From: a virus
Taxonomy: Duplodnaviria; Caudoviricetes
Direction: 5' to 3' (one strand)
DNA length: 64,000 nucleotides
IMG/VR virus record: IMGVR_UViG_2843675664_000001
Coordinates: 5,636 to 69,635 of that record
A model generated the notes under the pieces. That model saw nothing but the letters and a program-made list of their open reading frames with translations, had not been told where the DNA came from and searched no databases. Position numbers and translations under genes: made by a program. Below, in pieces: positions 1 to 9,959 of this stretch; the stretch's first letter is position 1, and the number at the start of each line of letters is the position of its first letter.

Positions 1-741
1 TTCCTCTGCCTTTCGCCGCTCCGCTTCAACTGCGGCCAGCTTTTCACGCTCAGCCTTCGCGATAGCCTCCTGCTTTTCACGCTCTGCGCGTTCCTGCGCC
101 TCTCTGGCCTCGCGTTCTCGCTTAGCTGCCGCCTCGACTTCCTGTCGTGCTTTAAATTCCGCAGCTTCACGTTCCTGTTTGGCTTTCAGTTCCGCCGCCT
201 CACGGTCACGTTGTGCTTTTTGCTCAGCTTCGATTCGTGCCTGCTCTGCAGCCTGACGCTTGATTTCGTTTTCATGCTCAATGCGTTTGCGTTCTTCTTC
301 GGCTTTACGCAGGTCATGCAACTCATTCATCTGCAGTGCTTCTTCGTGGTCACGCTCAATTTGGCGAGCTAATTCTTCCGCTGCTACACGCGCCTTTTCT
401 GCATCCTCCCAGGCTGTTACCGGTTTGCGGATTTCTTCGCTCAGTGCGTCGAGTTCATCCCGGCACTGTTTGCGACTGGCATCCACTTTTTTCGGCAGCT
501 CTTTCAGCTCATCAACGACAGCCTTTCCGGCTTTGTCGATGTATGTTTTTGACTGCGTAACTTTGTAGGCCAGTGATTTGATAGCATCGCGATTCTTGGC
601 TTTCGATAAATCAGTATCGAGTAATGCCTGCTCTGCTAATGCTTTCTCCCGGATACCGGACAGCAGTACCTGAACCTTATCCGGCGCTGTAAAAAGGTCG
701 AGCGCTGTCGCTGGCTCGATAACGACCAGTTCGTTTGCCAT
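1..741 (-). CDS. Phage coiled-coil protein (often annotated TolA-like), runs off window
   Basis: ATG at 741 with upstream GGAG; MANELVVIEPATALDLF... followed by E/A/R/K-rich coiled coil; not in ORF track because 3' end is outside. Confidence 0.7.
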   Translation of the reverse strand, partial: MANELVVIEPATALDLFTAPDKVQVLLSGIREKALAEQALLDTDLSKAKNRDAIKSLAYKVTQSKTYIDKAGKAVVDELKELPKKVDASRKQCRDELDALSEEIRKPVTAWEDAEKARVAAEELARQIERDHEEALQMNELHDLRKAEEERKRIEHENEIKRQAAEQARIEAEQKAQRDREAAELKAKQEREAAEFKARQEVEAAAKREREAREAQERAEREKQEAIAKAEREKLAAVEAERRKAEE

Positions 742-798
742 AATTAACTCCGTTTATTTATAGGGTGGGTTACTTCTGTGTGAAAGAGAGCAGGGCGG

Positions 799-1074
799 CT
801 ATTCGCGGCCAAGTGCTTTTTTGATGATGCTATTTAATTCAGATTGGTGTTTATCAGACAGATAATAAGCGCCGTTGATTCGGAGCAGAAAATCAATCAT
901 TTCCGGTGCCGCCGCCATCAGTTTCGCATTAGCTGTCGCTTTTTCCTTTCCGATGCTCTTTCCCATAACCAGACAAAGTGTTTTTCCGTCTCCGTGAATA
1001 GCACCACCTGCTGTTTCATTAAGGCCGTGGCTGTCTGCATGTAACCACGGCCACGGCGTACCTTTAAATTCCAT
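799..1074 (-). CDS. Phage early hypothetical protein (MEFKGTPxPW type)
   Basis: ORF with RBS, coupled to upstream ORF in pL operon. Confidence 0.7.
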   Translation of the reverse strand: MEFKGTPWPWLHADSHGLNETAGGAIHGDGKTLCLVMGKSIGKEKATANAKLMAAAPEMIDFLLRINGAYYLSDKHQSELNSIIKKALGRE

Positions 1075-1075
1075 G

Positions 1076-1291
1076 TTATTCCTCCGTTACCACATATCCC
1101 TGCTCGGTGAGATATTTGATAATGTCTTCATCGCCAATTTCTTCGAGAAGCGTCTCTGCGGTGTATTCTTCGATAATTTCCGATGCGTCAACGAACCCGC
1201 AGAGAACTGCGCCATCGACATCAATCTCAACTCTGCCGGTACTACGCTGACCAGACCCTGAAAATCCAGCGCACTCAAATGTAATATTCAT
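1076..1291 (-). CDS. Phage hypothetical acidic protein
   Basis: ORF with AGGA RBS in pL operon. Confidence 0.6.
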   Translation of the reverse strand: MNITFECAGFSGSGQRSTGRVEIDVDGAVLCGFVDASEIIEEYTAETLLEEIGDEDIIKYLTEQGYVVTEE

Positions 1292-1427
1292 ATCTTTTTC
1301 CTTTCGTTATCCCCGCTACGGGGTGTTAGTCAGTATTGGTGATTGGTGGCGGATTACCGGTATCAAATATCCAACCGCCCGCATTCACCAATCCCAATAC
1401 TGACTGGATGCCCGTCTTTCCGGGCTG

Positions 1428-1622
1428 TCAGTCTCCAAGCCACTCGACGTAATTCAGCAACTCAAGAACACGCTTATCTGTCGGCGGTCTGTTCTCTTTG
1501 TTACACTCTTTGCAGTTTGTTGCCGCTACCGGTTGGCCCATGCACCCGCAGTCTATTCCTGGACAGCAAATGCTAAACTCAATGCCGTCATTGCAGTACT
1601 TGTTGCTACACGTCATATCCAT
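1428..1622 (-). CDS. Cys-rich phage hypothetical protein
   Basis: GGGAG RBS; multiple Cys motifs. Confidence 0.55.
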   Translation of the reverse strand: MDMTCSNKYCNDGIEFSICCPGIDCGCMGQPVAATNCKECNKENRPPTDKRVLELLNYVEWLGD

Positions 1623-1681
1623 CTCCCGTTATTAACTCACCATAGCCCACTCACCGAATGGGCTATAATTTGTATCTGCGC

Positions 1682-1897
1682 TCACTGGCGGGAATCGCGG
1701 TCACGGCGGAGTGCAATCACCGTATCTTTGTTGTGTTTTGCGTCCTCGCGGGTAGTAATCTCTGAACTGCACTCATCACATATATGAGACATGAGAGTGA
1801 CCGAGTGCTTTTCAGATTTGTATTCAACTTCAACTTCTTCCTGCGCCGGGTGGAGACGACCCTTACCGCACGCAGGGCATAATTCCTTATCTTTCAT
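1682..1897 (-). CDS. MqsA/YgiT-type zinc finger protein (no HTH)
   Basis: CPACG...ICDECSSEI pattern with AGGAG RBS. Confidence 0.65.
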   Translation of the reverse strand: MKDKELCPACGKGRLHPAQEEVEVEYKSEKHSVTLMSHICDECSSEITTREDAKHNKDTVIALRRDRDSRQ

Positions 1898-2000
1898 TGT
1901 GTCTCCTGTTATCTGCGCTCACACAACACATCAGGTTATGCTCTGGCAGGCAAAAGAAAGGGGCCGTGTAATTAGCCCCTTAATGGAATATGTTTTTTGC

Positions 2001-2675
2001 TTACATATTTCTTATTTTAACCGTACCGTCCTGTACTCCGTACCGGCTCATCTCCCAACATGCCTCTGCCGCCTCTAACATATATTTTCTGGCTAACGGA
2101 GGTATTCCTTCTGCTGAGTTAATCCAGTCAGCTGTTTGCTGTTTGCTTAATTTCATTCTCTGGTGTTTGCCGCCAACTTTGCAGGATTGACGGATCAGCA
2201 TATCAATAGCCCCCTGTTCGTAACGATAGTTAGCCATTAATATCTGGTAGGCCATATTCAGGTCGTGGGTCGCATCTGCAATTCTCTTTGGCCCTATGCA
2301 GGCAGGGTCTTTCAAGCAAGCGTCCCACTCTTTTTTAGCTTTTTCCTGCTGTATTTTTTTCTGCTTTTCTTGCTCGAATTCTTTTATTCCAGCGTCATAG
2401 TTATTTGCCCATCTATTATAAAAACATTCAGAATCCCATTTGCATGAAGATGTGTCAGGGTTTGTTAACTGAGTTTTTGTGATTTGAAAATAATCATTTC
2501 TTAGGCTGTTTACGCTATTAATACTGCCATTCCGCCCCTTGAATTTATCATTCGCCATCTTAGCGTATTGCTCTGACTCACTAGGTGGCTTGATGATTGA
2601 ACATCCAGCAGAAAATAAAAAAGAAATCACAAATATAGTTTTTAATAATTGCGAAGCTGTAGTTTTTTTGTTCAT
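2001..2675 (-). CDS. Lipoprotein moron (possible superinfection exclusion)
   Basis: MNKK-hydrophobic-FSAGC lipobox; AT-rich; AGGT RBS before ATG 2675. Confidence 0.65.
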   Translation of the reverse strand: MNKKTTASQLLKTIFVISFLFSAGCSIIKPPSESEQYAKMANDKFKGRNGSINSVNSLRNDYFQITKTQLTNPDTSSCKWDSECFYNRWANNYDAGIKEFEQEKQKKIQQEKAKKEWDACLKDPACIGPKRIADATHDLNMAYQILMANYRYEQGAIDMLIRQSCKVGGKHQRMKLSKQQTADWINSAEGIPPLARKYMLEAAEACWEMSRYGVQDGTVKIRNM

Positions 2676-2763
2676 TTGCCTACCTGGTAATTTAACCATT
2701 GTCAGTAGACAAACTTTACTATGGCTCCAACGCAAATCCAAACAAACTATAGAGCAATGTGAT

Positions 2764-3063
2764 TTAAGCCTTAACTGTAATCCCGAACTCACCTTTCGGC
2801 TGTCTGGTCTTAACTCCGCTGAAAATTGCCACTTTAGGCAGGCAGCAGTTATCACCGGACGGGTAATACTTCGTTGGTTTCAGTGTCAGCGCCGGACGTT
2901 CTTCTTTCGCTGGCGCAAATACTGAATCAAAAATCTCCTCCACTGAGCGACTTTTAGGCATCGCTGCATACTCCTCACGCTTTCTGTCCCAAAACGCCAT
3001 TTGCTTTGCTAACCGGCGGTTCTTCGCGTTGTCTTTCTTTGGAATAACAGTAATTGTTGCCAT
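2764..3063 (-). CDS. N: N-like antitermination protein
   Basis: First pL gene; DNAKNRRLAK Arg-rich motif like P22 N; nut sites present. Confidence 0.7.
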   Translation of the reverse strand: MATITVIPKKDNAKNRRLAKQMAFWDRKREEYAAMPKSRSVEEIFDSVFAPAKEERPALTLKPTKYYPSGDNCCLPKVAIFSGVKTRQPKGEFGITVKA

Positions 3064-3217
3064 ATTGCCTCCTGAGTAATTTTTGGTGGTGTAGCGAATG
3101 CTGGCGTTACTCTGCCACAGCTTGCGATACTCTCCAGTCCCGACTCAGCTTGCATCTGTGGATGCGCTGCTGATTACTTTTGGTGCCGGTCGCTACACCC
3201 CAAAAACCACTCAGTGG

Positions 3218-3261
3218 TGATCTGACACTTATTCAGATCAGGTTCTAATTTGTTAAAGAGC
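3218..3261 (-). promoter_or_regulatory. nutL (boxA + boxB hairpin)
   Basis: GCTCTTTAACA then TGATCTGA-loop-TCAGATCA on minus strand. Confidence 0.7.
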
Positions 3262-3306
3262 TAAATCCGTTTTATCTTTGGCTCCGTGCCGTTGATGATT
3301 AAAAGA

Positions 3307-3365
3307 TACAGGCAAAACTGTATTTGGTCAACAGATAAAACTGTATTTTTATCGATAAAACTGTA
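3307..3365. promoter_or_regulatory. oL: three operators TACAG-N6-CTGTA, with pL
   Basis: Sites at 3307, 3330 and 3350; same motif recurs at oR. Confidence 0.75.
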
Positions 3366-3432
3366 ATCGGGTGATTTTCATTGAAATTTAGATACAAAAA
3401 AACCCGCCTGAGCGGGTTGGTTTAAATGCGTG

Positions 3433-4065
3433 TTACCTTTTTCTTCGGTAAATTCGGTGCTCTACCATTGTGCCGATTATCCGGAGATTGATTTTCTCGC
3501 TATCGAGTACTGGATAGTCGTCATTGAGTGGGACTAGCTCGTAGTGCTGCTCGCCATTAATCATGACATGGGTAGGCCTGTATTTCTTGAATGTTGCCTC
3601 TTGTTCACCATTAGATGCTACAACAAACTCCCCTGGATGTGGCTCTATCTCAGGATCGATAATCACTACATCTCCGGTTTTAAAATCAGGCTCCATTGAA
3701 TCACCTTCAATACGAAGGGCGAACGCATTATGAGATAAGTCCTGATCGGTAAGAACGTACTCAAAAGACCCGTCACAATCACTGATCGGTATGCTTTCAG
3801 CCAAGTTTCCCGCCTGTACGTAACTAATTAGAGGTATCTTCCGTGTATTTACCTCACTGATTGGCTGAATATTATCTCCCGTCATCAGCCACCCTGGGTC
3901 GCACTGCAATGCAGCGCCAATCGCAATTATATTACGAGGTTTAACAGTCTTACCATCTTCAATAGACGCCCACGACTGCTGTTTAATTCCTGCTTTTTCT
4001 GCTGCTTCTGTTTGTGTCATTTCGAGCGCAAGGCGACGACTTTTTACTCTGCTGGCAAGACTCAT
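3433..4065 (-). CDS. cI: CI repressor (HTH-XRE + S24 peptidase)
   Basis: N-terminal HTH; GDSMEP and ATFKK S24 motifs; divergent from cro. Confidence 0.95.
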   Translation of the reverse strand: MSLASRVKSRRLALEMTQTEAAEKAGIKQQSWASIEDGKTVKPRNIIAIGAALQCDPGWLMTGDNIQPISEVNTRKIPLISYVQAGNLAESIPISDCDGSFEYVLTDQDLSHNAFALRIEGDSMEPDFKTGDVVIIDPEIEPHPGEFVVASNGEQEATFKKYRPTHVMINGEQHYELVPLNDDYPVLDSEKINLRIIGTMVEHRIYRRKR

Positions 4066-4094
4066 TTTTCCACCCCCTGTAATAAAGGGATTTT

Positions 4095-4155
4095 CACAAT
4101 AAAAACTGTATTTGACAAACAGGTGTATCTGTTATTAAATACAGATAAAACTGTA
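4095..4155. promoter_or_regulatory. oR: three operators, pR (-35 TTGACA at 4112)
   Basis: Sites at 4095, 4118 and 4140 match the oL consensus. Confidence 0.75.
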
Positions 4156-4173
4156 TGAAGGAGATAAGAAAGT

Positions 4174-4374
4174 ATGGAAACCATCTCTCAACGTGTAAAA
4201 GCTCGGCGTTGTGAGTTGAATCTGACTCAGTCTCAACTCGCTGAGCTTGTTGGTATTAAGCAGCAATCTATCCAGGCGATTGAGTCTGGTTCAACTAAGC
4301 GCCCACGATTCATTTTTGAATTATCAAAAGCCCTGAAATGTAGCGCGGCGTGGCTACAACAAGGCAAAAAATAA
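4174..4374 (+). CDS. cro: Cro repressor (434-like)
   Basis: TQSQLAELVGIKQQSIQAIESG HTH; RPRF motif. Confidence 0.9.
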   Translation: METISQRVKARRCELNLTQSQLAELVGIKQQSIQAIESGSTKRPRFIFELSKALKCSAAWLQQGKK

Positions 4375-4383
4375 AATCAGCAC

Positions 4384-4426
4384 CGCTCTTTACACAATTT
4401 AGCCCGTTCCGGATATGTGCTGGAAC
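4384..4426 (+). promoter_or_regulatory. nutR (boxA + boxB)
   Basis: CGCTCTTTACA followed by GTTCCGG-loop-CTGGAAC hairpin. Confidence 0.7.
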
Positions 4427-4497
4427 ATTTTTCAACACAGCAACACCTCACAGGAAGTGAGGCGAATAACTGTATCTCAATAAGGACATTATGAATT

Positions 4498-4824
4498 ATG
4501 GAAAATGCAAATCCACGCAAATCGTTTAACCGGTTTGTGTCAAATCATCTGATGGCAACAGCTCATCAGGCACTGAGAAGCACCACACAGACAGTGGTTG
4601 CAAAACTGCTCGGTGTACACGATTCAACAGTCTTACGCAGAACAGAAAAGTTACCGGAGATATGCGAGACATTGGCCGCAGCCGGTATCACAGATTTTGT
4701 TTTGCCAGGCGAGAAGAAAATCAGCGAGGAAGAGTACCGGTTTCTGTGGAAGCAGATCGGCGAACTCTCTCTGATGAGAACAAAAGAAAACGCCCCGGCT
4801 GTTGGAGCAGCAGAGGCGCATTAG
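4498..4824 (+). CDS. cII: CII transcriptional activator
   Basis: Position after cro; HTH; TTGC-N6-TTGC pRE site on minus strand at 4507-4520. Confidence 0.8.
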   Translation: MENANPRKSFNRFVSNHLMATAHQALRSTTQTVVAKLLGVHDSTVLRRTEKLPEICETLAAAGITDFVLPGEKKISEEEYRFLWKQIGELSLMRTKENAPAVGAAEAH

Positions 4825-4850
4825 TAAATCACACACTGGAGTAATTATAC

Positions 4851-5018
4851 ATGAAACAACGGTTTAATTACAGCGCTGTGCACAAAAACAACGCACGTGA
4901 CCGATTTAACCGAACAGTCACCGAACAGGGAATTAAGTGTATTCGCCAGATGTTTGAGGAAGCGAAGGTAAGAACGGAACACAGGGAAGAATTGCTGGGA
5001 GGTAAGCGGCATGGGTAA
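4851..5018 (+). CDS. Small phage protein between cII and O
   Basis: GGAG RBS; 55 aa ORF overlapping O start. Confidence 0.55.
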   Translation: MKQRFNYSAVHKNNARDRFNRTVTEQGIKCIRQMFEEAKVRTEHREELLGGKRHG

Positions 5019-5922
5019 CGTGTCATATGCACTACAGAAGCGCGTAGAGCAGCCTGTTAAATCAGGCAAGGGGTTTGCCTTTATGCACAGACAAATTGTT
5101 GACTGTGACTTTTACAGGAAGGATTCAGAGGCAGTGCATTTGTGGCTCCACCTGATCATGACTGCAAGCAGTAAGCCGGAAGTGGTGGAAACTGATATCG
5201 GTATGATTTCAATCGGTCGCGGCCAGATGATGAGAAGCCGCCCTGTTCTGACAAAAGAAACCGGTATTTCTGATAATAAAATCCGGTCACTTTTACGCAG
5301 TTTTGTGACAAAAGGCATGATCAGTATCGATGCCAAAAGTAAAAAAATCAGCATCATTACCGTGCTGAAATACGACGAATATCAGGGTCAAAATTGTCCG
5401 GAGAATGTCCGGAAGTTGTCCGATGCAAAACCAGTAACAGCAACGCCTGAACGGGTGGAGTGTCCGACGATTGTCCAAGAGTTGTCCTTATACAATAATA
5501 TAAATAATATAACTACATCTAACGATGTAGTTGGTGGGCTTTCTGACGAAATCCACGAAGACCAGCCAGCAGAAATCAAATCTAAAAAATCACCACCGGT
5601 TCCCTACCAAGCCATCATCGACGCATACCATGAGATCCTTCCTGAAATGGCAAGAATCCAGGTTGTTCGCGGAACACGGAAAAATAAAATCCGATCGTTC
5701 TGGCAGAAATGCAACAGCGAGTACATGAAGTCACACAACAGACCGTTCACGCTGGAAAACTGGCGCGGATATCTGGGGTATATCTCACAGCACTGCCGCT
5801 GGATGACCGAAGTCAGACCTAACGGAAAGGGCGGCTTCTGGAGAGCCAAAAATCTCGATTACCTGATCACCGATGAGTGTTACACCGCCGTCAAGGAGGA
5901 CAGAGCCAATGACCGGAAATAA
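5011..5922 (+). CDS. Replication initiator (O-like)
   Basis: Position; internal iterons; C-terminal WRAKNLDYL motif. Confidence 0.85.
   Translation: MGNVSYALQKRVEQPVKSGKGFAFMHRQIVDCDFYRKDSEAVHLWLHLIMTASSKPEVVETDIGMISIGRGQMMRSRPVLTKETGISDNKIRSLLRSFVTKGMISIDAKSKKISIITVLKYDEYQGQNCPENVRKLSDAKPVTATPERVECPTIVQELSLYNNINNITTSNDVVGGLSDEIHEDQPAEIKSKKSPPVPYQAIIDAYHEILPEMARIQVVRGTRKNKIRSFWQKCNSEYMKSHNRPFTLENWRGYLGYISQHCRWMTEVRPNGKGGFWRAKNLDYLITDECYTAVKEDRANDRK
5393..5515 (+). repeat. Phage ori iterons (TGTCC repeats) and AT-rich tract
   Basis: Six TGTCC(G) repeats in two triplets inside O, then an AT-rich stretch. Confidence 0.7.
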
Positions 5923-7306
5923 TTTTAACCAAGTTCCACAAAGCCTCGAGGCTGAGCAAAGTGTTATCGGCGCATTGCTGCTTGACCCACAGGGCGACAG
6001 AAGCCAGATGGTGCTATCCAGACTTCAGCCGGAAATGTTTTACCAGGCATCGCACAGGCTGATTTACGCAACAATCCGTGAGTTAAACCGAACCAGCAAG
6101 CCGGTCGACCTGATCACGGTAACTTCAGCACTGGAAAGCGCTGGTCAGTTAACACTGGCAGGCGGATTCTCATACGTCGCTGAGATCAACCACAGGACAC
6201 CAAGCGCAGCCAATATCGTGGCATATGCCAATACGGTTCGCGATAAGGCCGTAGAGCGGCAGGCAATCGAGAAGGCCGGAGAAATACAACGGCTGTTTAC
6301 CGAAGCCAGTGTTCTCAGCCTGGCAGAAAAAATCGATATGGCTCAGACGATGCTGTCCGATGTGGTGGAGAGTAGCAAAACCGGCCGGCAGTCAGGACTG
6401 ACGAATATATCTGCCGTGCTGGATGAGTGGGTTATCGAGGTTGAGGAGCGATTCAAAGATCCCGATGCTAACCGTGGCCTGAAGACTGGCATTGCGCCAC
6501 TTGATGCCATGCTTGCGCCGAAGTTCATTGTTCGCGGCTCCCTATTCGTTGTTGGTGCGCGTCCGAAGATGGGCAAAACCACAGTCCTGACCGAAATGGC
6601 TAAAAACGTTTCCGATTCCGGATTGCCGGTAGCGCTGTTCTCGATGGAAATGACCAACAAGCAGCTGGCCGAACGAATGATCAGCCAGAAATCTGGAATC
6701 AGTTCCAATGCCCTGTATGACAGCGGTGATGAGTACGAGTGGGGGCTTATCAGCAAAGCCATGGGTGAGTTAAGTGAGCGCCCTAACATCTGGCTGGATG
6801 ATACTCCGGGAATGACGCTGGCGCACATTCAGGCCGAGTGCCGGAAACTGAAGCGCAAGACAGGGAAAATCGGGTTTATCGGTGTTGACTACCTGACGTT
6901 GATGAAAGCAGGCAAGGCAGACCGGAACGATATCGCATACGGCGAAATCACGAAGGGTCTGAAGCAGCTGGCAAAAGAACTCGATACCACCGTTGTTCTG
7001 CTGACCCAGCTTAACCGTAAGTTGGAAGACCGGGCAGACAAGCGGCCTATGCCAAGTGACAGCCGCGACACCGGCCAAATCGAACAGGACTGCGATTACT
7101 GGCTGGGTATCTACAAAGATTCAGTCTACAACGACAATGCCGACAAAACTCTCACAGAGCTGATTGTGCGCCTTAACCGGCACGGCAAAGCAGGTACGGC
7201 ATACGTCGAGCAGAAAGGCCTGTGCATGTTTGATATCGACCAGACTCAGGCAATGGTCAGAGCCGAACCGCCGGCGCGGCATAACCCAAGACAGAAGGAC
7301 TTTTGA
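5909..7306 (+). CDS. dnaB: Replicative DNA helicase, DnaB family
   Basis: GARPKMGKT Walker A; VDYL; QLNR; RDTGQIEQDCD. Confidence 0.95.
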   Translation: MTGNNFNQVPQSLEAEQSVIGALLLDPQGDRSQMVLSRLQPEMFYQASHRLIYATIRELNRTSKPVDLITVTSALESAGQLTLAGGFSYVAEINHRTPSAANIVAYANTVRDKAVERQAIEKAGEIQRLFTEASVLSLAEKIDMAQTMLSDVVESSKTGRQSGLTNISAVLDEWVIEVEERFKDPDANRGLKTGIAPLDAMLAPKFIVRGSLFVVGARPKMGKTTVLTEMAKNVSDSGLPVALFSMEMTNKQLAERMISQKSGISSNALYDSGDEYEWGLISKAMGELSERPNIWLDDTPGMTLAHIQAECRKLKRKTGKIGFIGVDYLTLMKAGKADRNDIAYGEITKGLKQLAKELDTTVVLLTQLNRKLEDRADKRPMPSDSRDTGQIEQDCDYWLGIYKDSVYNDNADKTLTELIVRLNRHGKAGTAYVEQKGLCMFDIDQTQAMVRAEPPARHNPRQKDF

Positions 7307-7593
7307 TTATGGCGGCAACAACGATGATGCAGTTGCTCGACAGGTATAGATGGCAGGCACTTATTTTGGCTGACAGACAAGCACCGATTGATGGAAAAGA
7401 CGAAATGTTATTTCACAGTCTCCACCTCAAGCATGAAAAAAAGCTATACCCACGCGGCAAAACGTTAACCAACCTGATGAAGATTCAGCGGGAATTTATC
7501 AAATATCGCCGCAGTGAGGAATATTTGCAAAAGCTTTGTGATGACTACGCCGCCAAGCATGATGGAGCAACCAAAATCCAAGAGGAACCATAA
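7303..7593 (+). CDS. Phage hypothetical protein
   Basis: Coupled ORF in pR operon. Confidence 0.5.
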   Translation: MIMAATTMMQLLDRYRWQALILADRQAPIDGKDEMLFHSLHLKHEKKLYPRGKTLTNLMKIQREFIKYRRSEEYLQKLCDDYAAKHDGATKIQEEP

Positions 7594-7595
7594 TT

Positions 7596-7799
7596 ATGGA
7601 ACCAACGGATTTTGAAAAGTGGTGTGCGGGGGAAATGAGCATACCACTAGACGGCGTCATACGAAGCAGATTTGGCGACGGATATAAATACACCAGCATT
7701 CACACCAGATACCGCGCCTACATGGCCGGAGTTCACAGCAGACTGCCGTACCAGACACCGCCAAAAGGAGATGAAGATGAGGGGAACAACGCTGACTGA
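7596..7799 (+). CDS. Phage hypothetical protein
   Basis: GAGG RBS; MEPTDFEKW. Confidence 0.55.
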   Translation: MEPTDFEKWCAGEMSIPLDGVIRSRFGDGYKYTSIHTRYRAYMAGVHSRLPYQTPPKGDEDEGNNAD

Positions 7800-8025
7800 T
7801 TTAAATAAGGCGTACAGCAAGCAAGGTCGCTATATCGCAGTCCGTTACATTCGGGAGCAGAGCCATTTTTTCAAAGGCAAGACGGATTCGGTATTTTTGA
7901 ATGTCATTGCGCAGCAGAAAAGCACCAGCCGAGAGGACGGGCATACCAGCGGATAATCTCACTTGAGAACGCGGCAAACACCAGACGCTTTGCTGAACTA
8001 CAGCGCATGATAAAGGAGTCCACCA

Positions 8026-8247
8026 ATGAAATGGATTAAGAAAAGTGAATCTCCGCCAGTGGATGAAGGAAAATACCTTGTCTTTGGTTCTCACGGAAGG
8101 ACTACCGCATGGTGGAAGCCGGATATCAGGAAATTTTGTGATGCAGAATCCGGAGAGAATGAAGGCATGCAGGACTGGGATGGCGAAGTATACCTTGTCA
8201 CGCACTGGATGCCATTACCAGAGAAACCACAACCACCGGAGGAGTGA
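8026..8247 (+). CDS. DUF551 family protein
   Basis: MKWIK...VTHWMPLPEKP. Confidence 0.85.
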   Translation: MKWIKKSESPPVDEGKYLVFGSHGRTTAWWKPDIRKFCDAESGENEGMQDWDGEVYLVTHWMPLPEKPQPPEE

Positions 8248-8600
8248 TGAAGTATTTCAAACAATATCCGGTAACTCTCAGACACTTTTTTGACCGGCCA
8301 GCGTACGCCGCCGCAGCTGGATATGACTTCAATTTCTTCGACTGCATGGCGTTTACGGCGCATAAATATGTCGAATGCATGAGTAGTTACAATTGGTTTT
8401 TCTGGCTGGATACTGAAATCAGAGAGCTGCCATTCACAGCTATCACATTGTTAACCATGATTTTCATTGCAGTGACAACGCCGTTTATTTATCCGGTTTA
8501 TGGTGTGGCTACATACGTTATGTGCAGGAGAGCGCAAAAAGTGCAGCACACCGAAATCATCGACAGGAACATTACCGGCTGGTTAATGAGGTTCAAATGA
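8244..8600 (+). CDS. Phage membrane protein
   Basis: Coupled ORF with hydrophobic segment. Confidence 0.6.
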   Translation: MMKYFKQYPVTLRHFFDRPAYAAAAGYDFNFFDCMAFTAHKYVECMSSYNWFFWLDTEIRELPFTAITLLTMIFIAVTTPFIYPVYGVATYVMCRRAQKVQHTEIIDRNITGWLMRFK

Positions 8601-8800
8601 CAGAGAAAACACAGGAGTTGAAGCCGTGCCCGTTTTGCGGGTGTAATCGTATTTTTGTGGCGACTCATGAATTCGATGAAAGGCCAGATTACTACAAGGT
8701 TGAGTGCAATGAATGTGAGTCTGAAACCGGATTTAAACTCAGCGCGCCGGAAGCAATCGCCGCCTGGAACCGCAGAGCACCACAATGTGAGAAGGAGTAG
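8597..8800 (+). CDS. Lar-like restriction alleviation protein
   Basis: ELKPCPFCG...CNEC...AIAAWNRR. Confidence 0.85.
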   Translation: MTEKTQELKPCPFCGCNRIFVATHEFDERPDYYKVECNECESETGFKLSAPEAIAAWNRRAPQCEKE

Positions 8801-8803
8801 GGG

Positions 8804-9061
8804 ATGGATGAAATTATCAAATACGCGACCATCGGCCTGATGGCGGTCGGTTATTTTTGGATTATCGCAAAATCAGTCGAGTGGTTTCTGAGTTTGATAT
8901 TCAGGAAGGCATTCAAGCGTAAGGAAAAAGACCGTAAGCAGGCGGCGATAAACGAGCTGTATGATGCCTATGAGCTTGGTGACATGAAGCCCGGAGACGA
9001 CCTGAAGATTACAACAAAAGGCGGCCTGGTCGTTTTCATGTATCGCAGGCCGGAGGAATGA
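8804..9061 (+). CDS. Phage membrane-anchored hypothetical protein
   Basis: N-terminal TM segment; RBS. Confidence 0.6.
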   Translation: MDEIIKYATIGLMAVGYFWIIAKSVEWFLSLIFRKAFKRKEKDRKQAAINELYDAYELGDMKPGDDLKITTKGGLVVFMYRRPEE

Positions 9062-9064
9062 GAA

Positions 9065-9352
9065 ATGGATAGTCACAAATTACCAGACGAAATCCGGCGA
9101 ACGATAGCAGAGCACCCGGTGTTTGTTGAAGTGGTGGAAGAATGCCTGACCACTGACGAACTTGTTGAGCAATTCCAGCGCCTGTACAACGTATCTCTGC
9201 CACGCAAAAGCGGTAACCCACTGGTTGACATGGTTGATGAAGCGACCGGATTTAAGGAATCACAAACATGGGAATTTCTGTCTCATTTCGTGCCATTTGT
9301 TCACCGGTGGATTTGGCTCCCACTGTATAGCGAGGGAAAATTAGGAGGCTAA
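9065..9352 (+). CDS. Phage hypothetical protein
   Basis: ORF with RBS in nin region. Confidence 0.6.
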   Translation: MDSHKLPDEIRRTIAEHPVFVEVVEECLTTDELVEQFQRLYNVSLPRKSGNPLVDMVDEATGFKESQTWEFLSHFVPFVHRWIWLPLYSEGKLGG

Positions 9353-9796
9353 ATGGAAGCAGAATTTCTCTTCCACGAAACGACCAAAGATGCAGCCTGG
9401 AAACACCTCAAAGAAGCACTCGCAACAAACAAACCCCACCGAGTAATCATCAAGCCCTGGAAATCTACCCGCTCACTGCCACAAAACCGCCTCTTTCATC
9501 AGTGGTGCGGTGAGATAAGCAATTATCTGTGTGATAACGGCTCTAAATTCACGCCTGAGACAGTCAAGGAAATGCTTAAGCATACATTTCTTGGCTACGA
9601 GGTCACTGAAATGATAGACGCCACCACACAGCATACAGAGCGCGTAAGGACTATGAGAAAAACATCAAAGTTAGACACCGGGGAAATGTTCCACTTCATG
9701 GGTCAGGTTGAGCGCTGGGCTACAGGCATCGGTTGTTTTGTGACGATACCCGAGAATTCGGAATATATGAAACTCAAAAGGGAGCAGGACGCATGA
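9353..9796 (+). CDS. ninB: NinB/YbcN family recombination protein
   Basis: TRSLPQNRLFH and TSKLDTGEM motifs. Confidence 0.85.
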   Translation: MEAEFLFHETTKDAAWKHLKEALATNKPHRVIIKPWKSTRSLPQNRLFHQWCGEISNYLCDNGSKFTPETVKEMLKHTFLGYEVTEMIDATTQHTERVRTMRKTSKLDTGEMFHFMGQVERWATGIGCFVTIPENSEYMKLKREQDA

Positions 9797-9959
9797 AGAA
9801 ATCAAGTTTACTTATGGCTCTGGCTGTTGGATTGTCGGCGAATGGCCTTACCTGGGCGCTGCGTGATAGCGCAAGAGGTTATCACTATCCGCTGTCACGC
9901 AACCGCATCACCGGTCACCGGAAACTGAACCGACAGGCGCAGAAGCGGAGGAAAGCAAA

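Noticed and set aside
260-568. Plus-strand Ser-rich ORFs and other antisense ORFs inside phage genes
   Set aside because: Shadows of real genes on the opposite strand.
3070-3215. Novel ncRNA in the N leader
   Set aside because: The long stem is consistent with the known RNase III processing hairpin of lambdoid N leaders.
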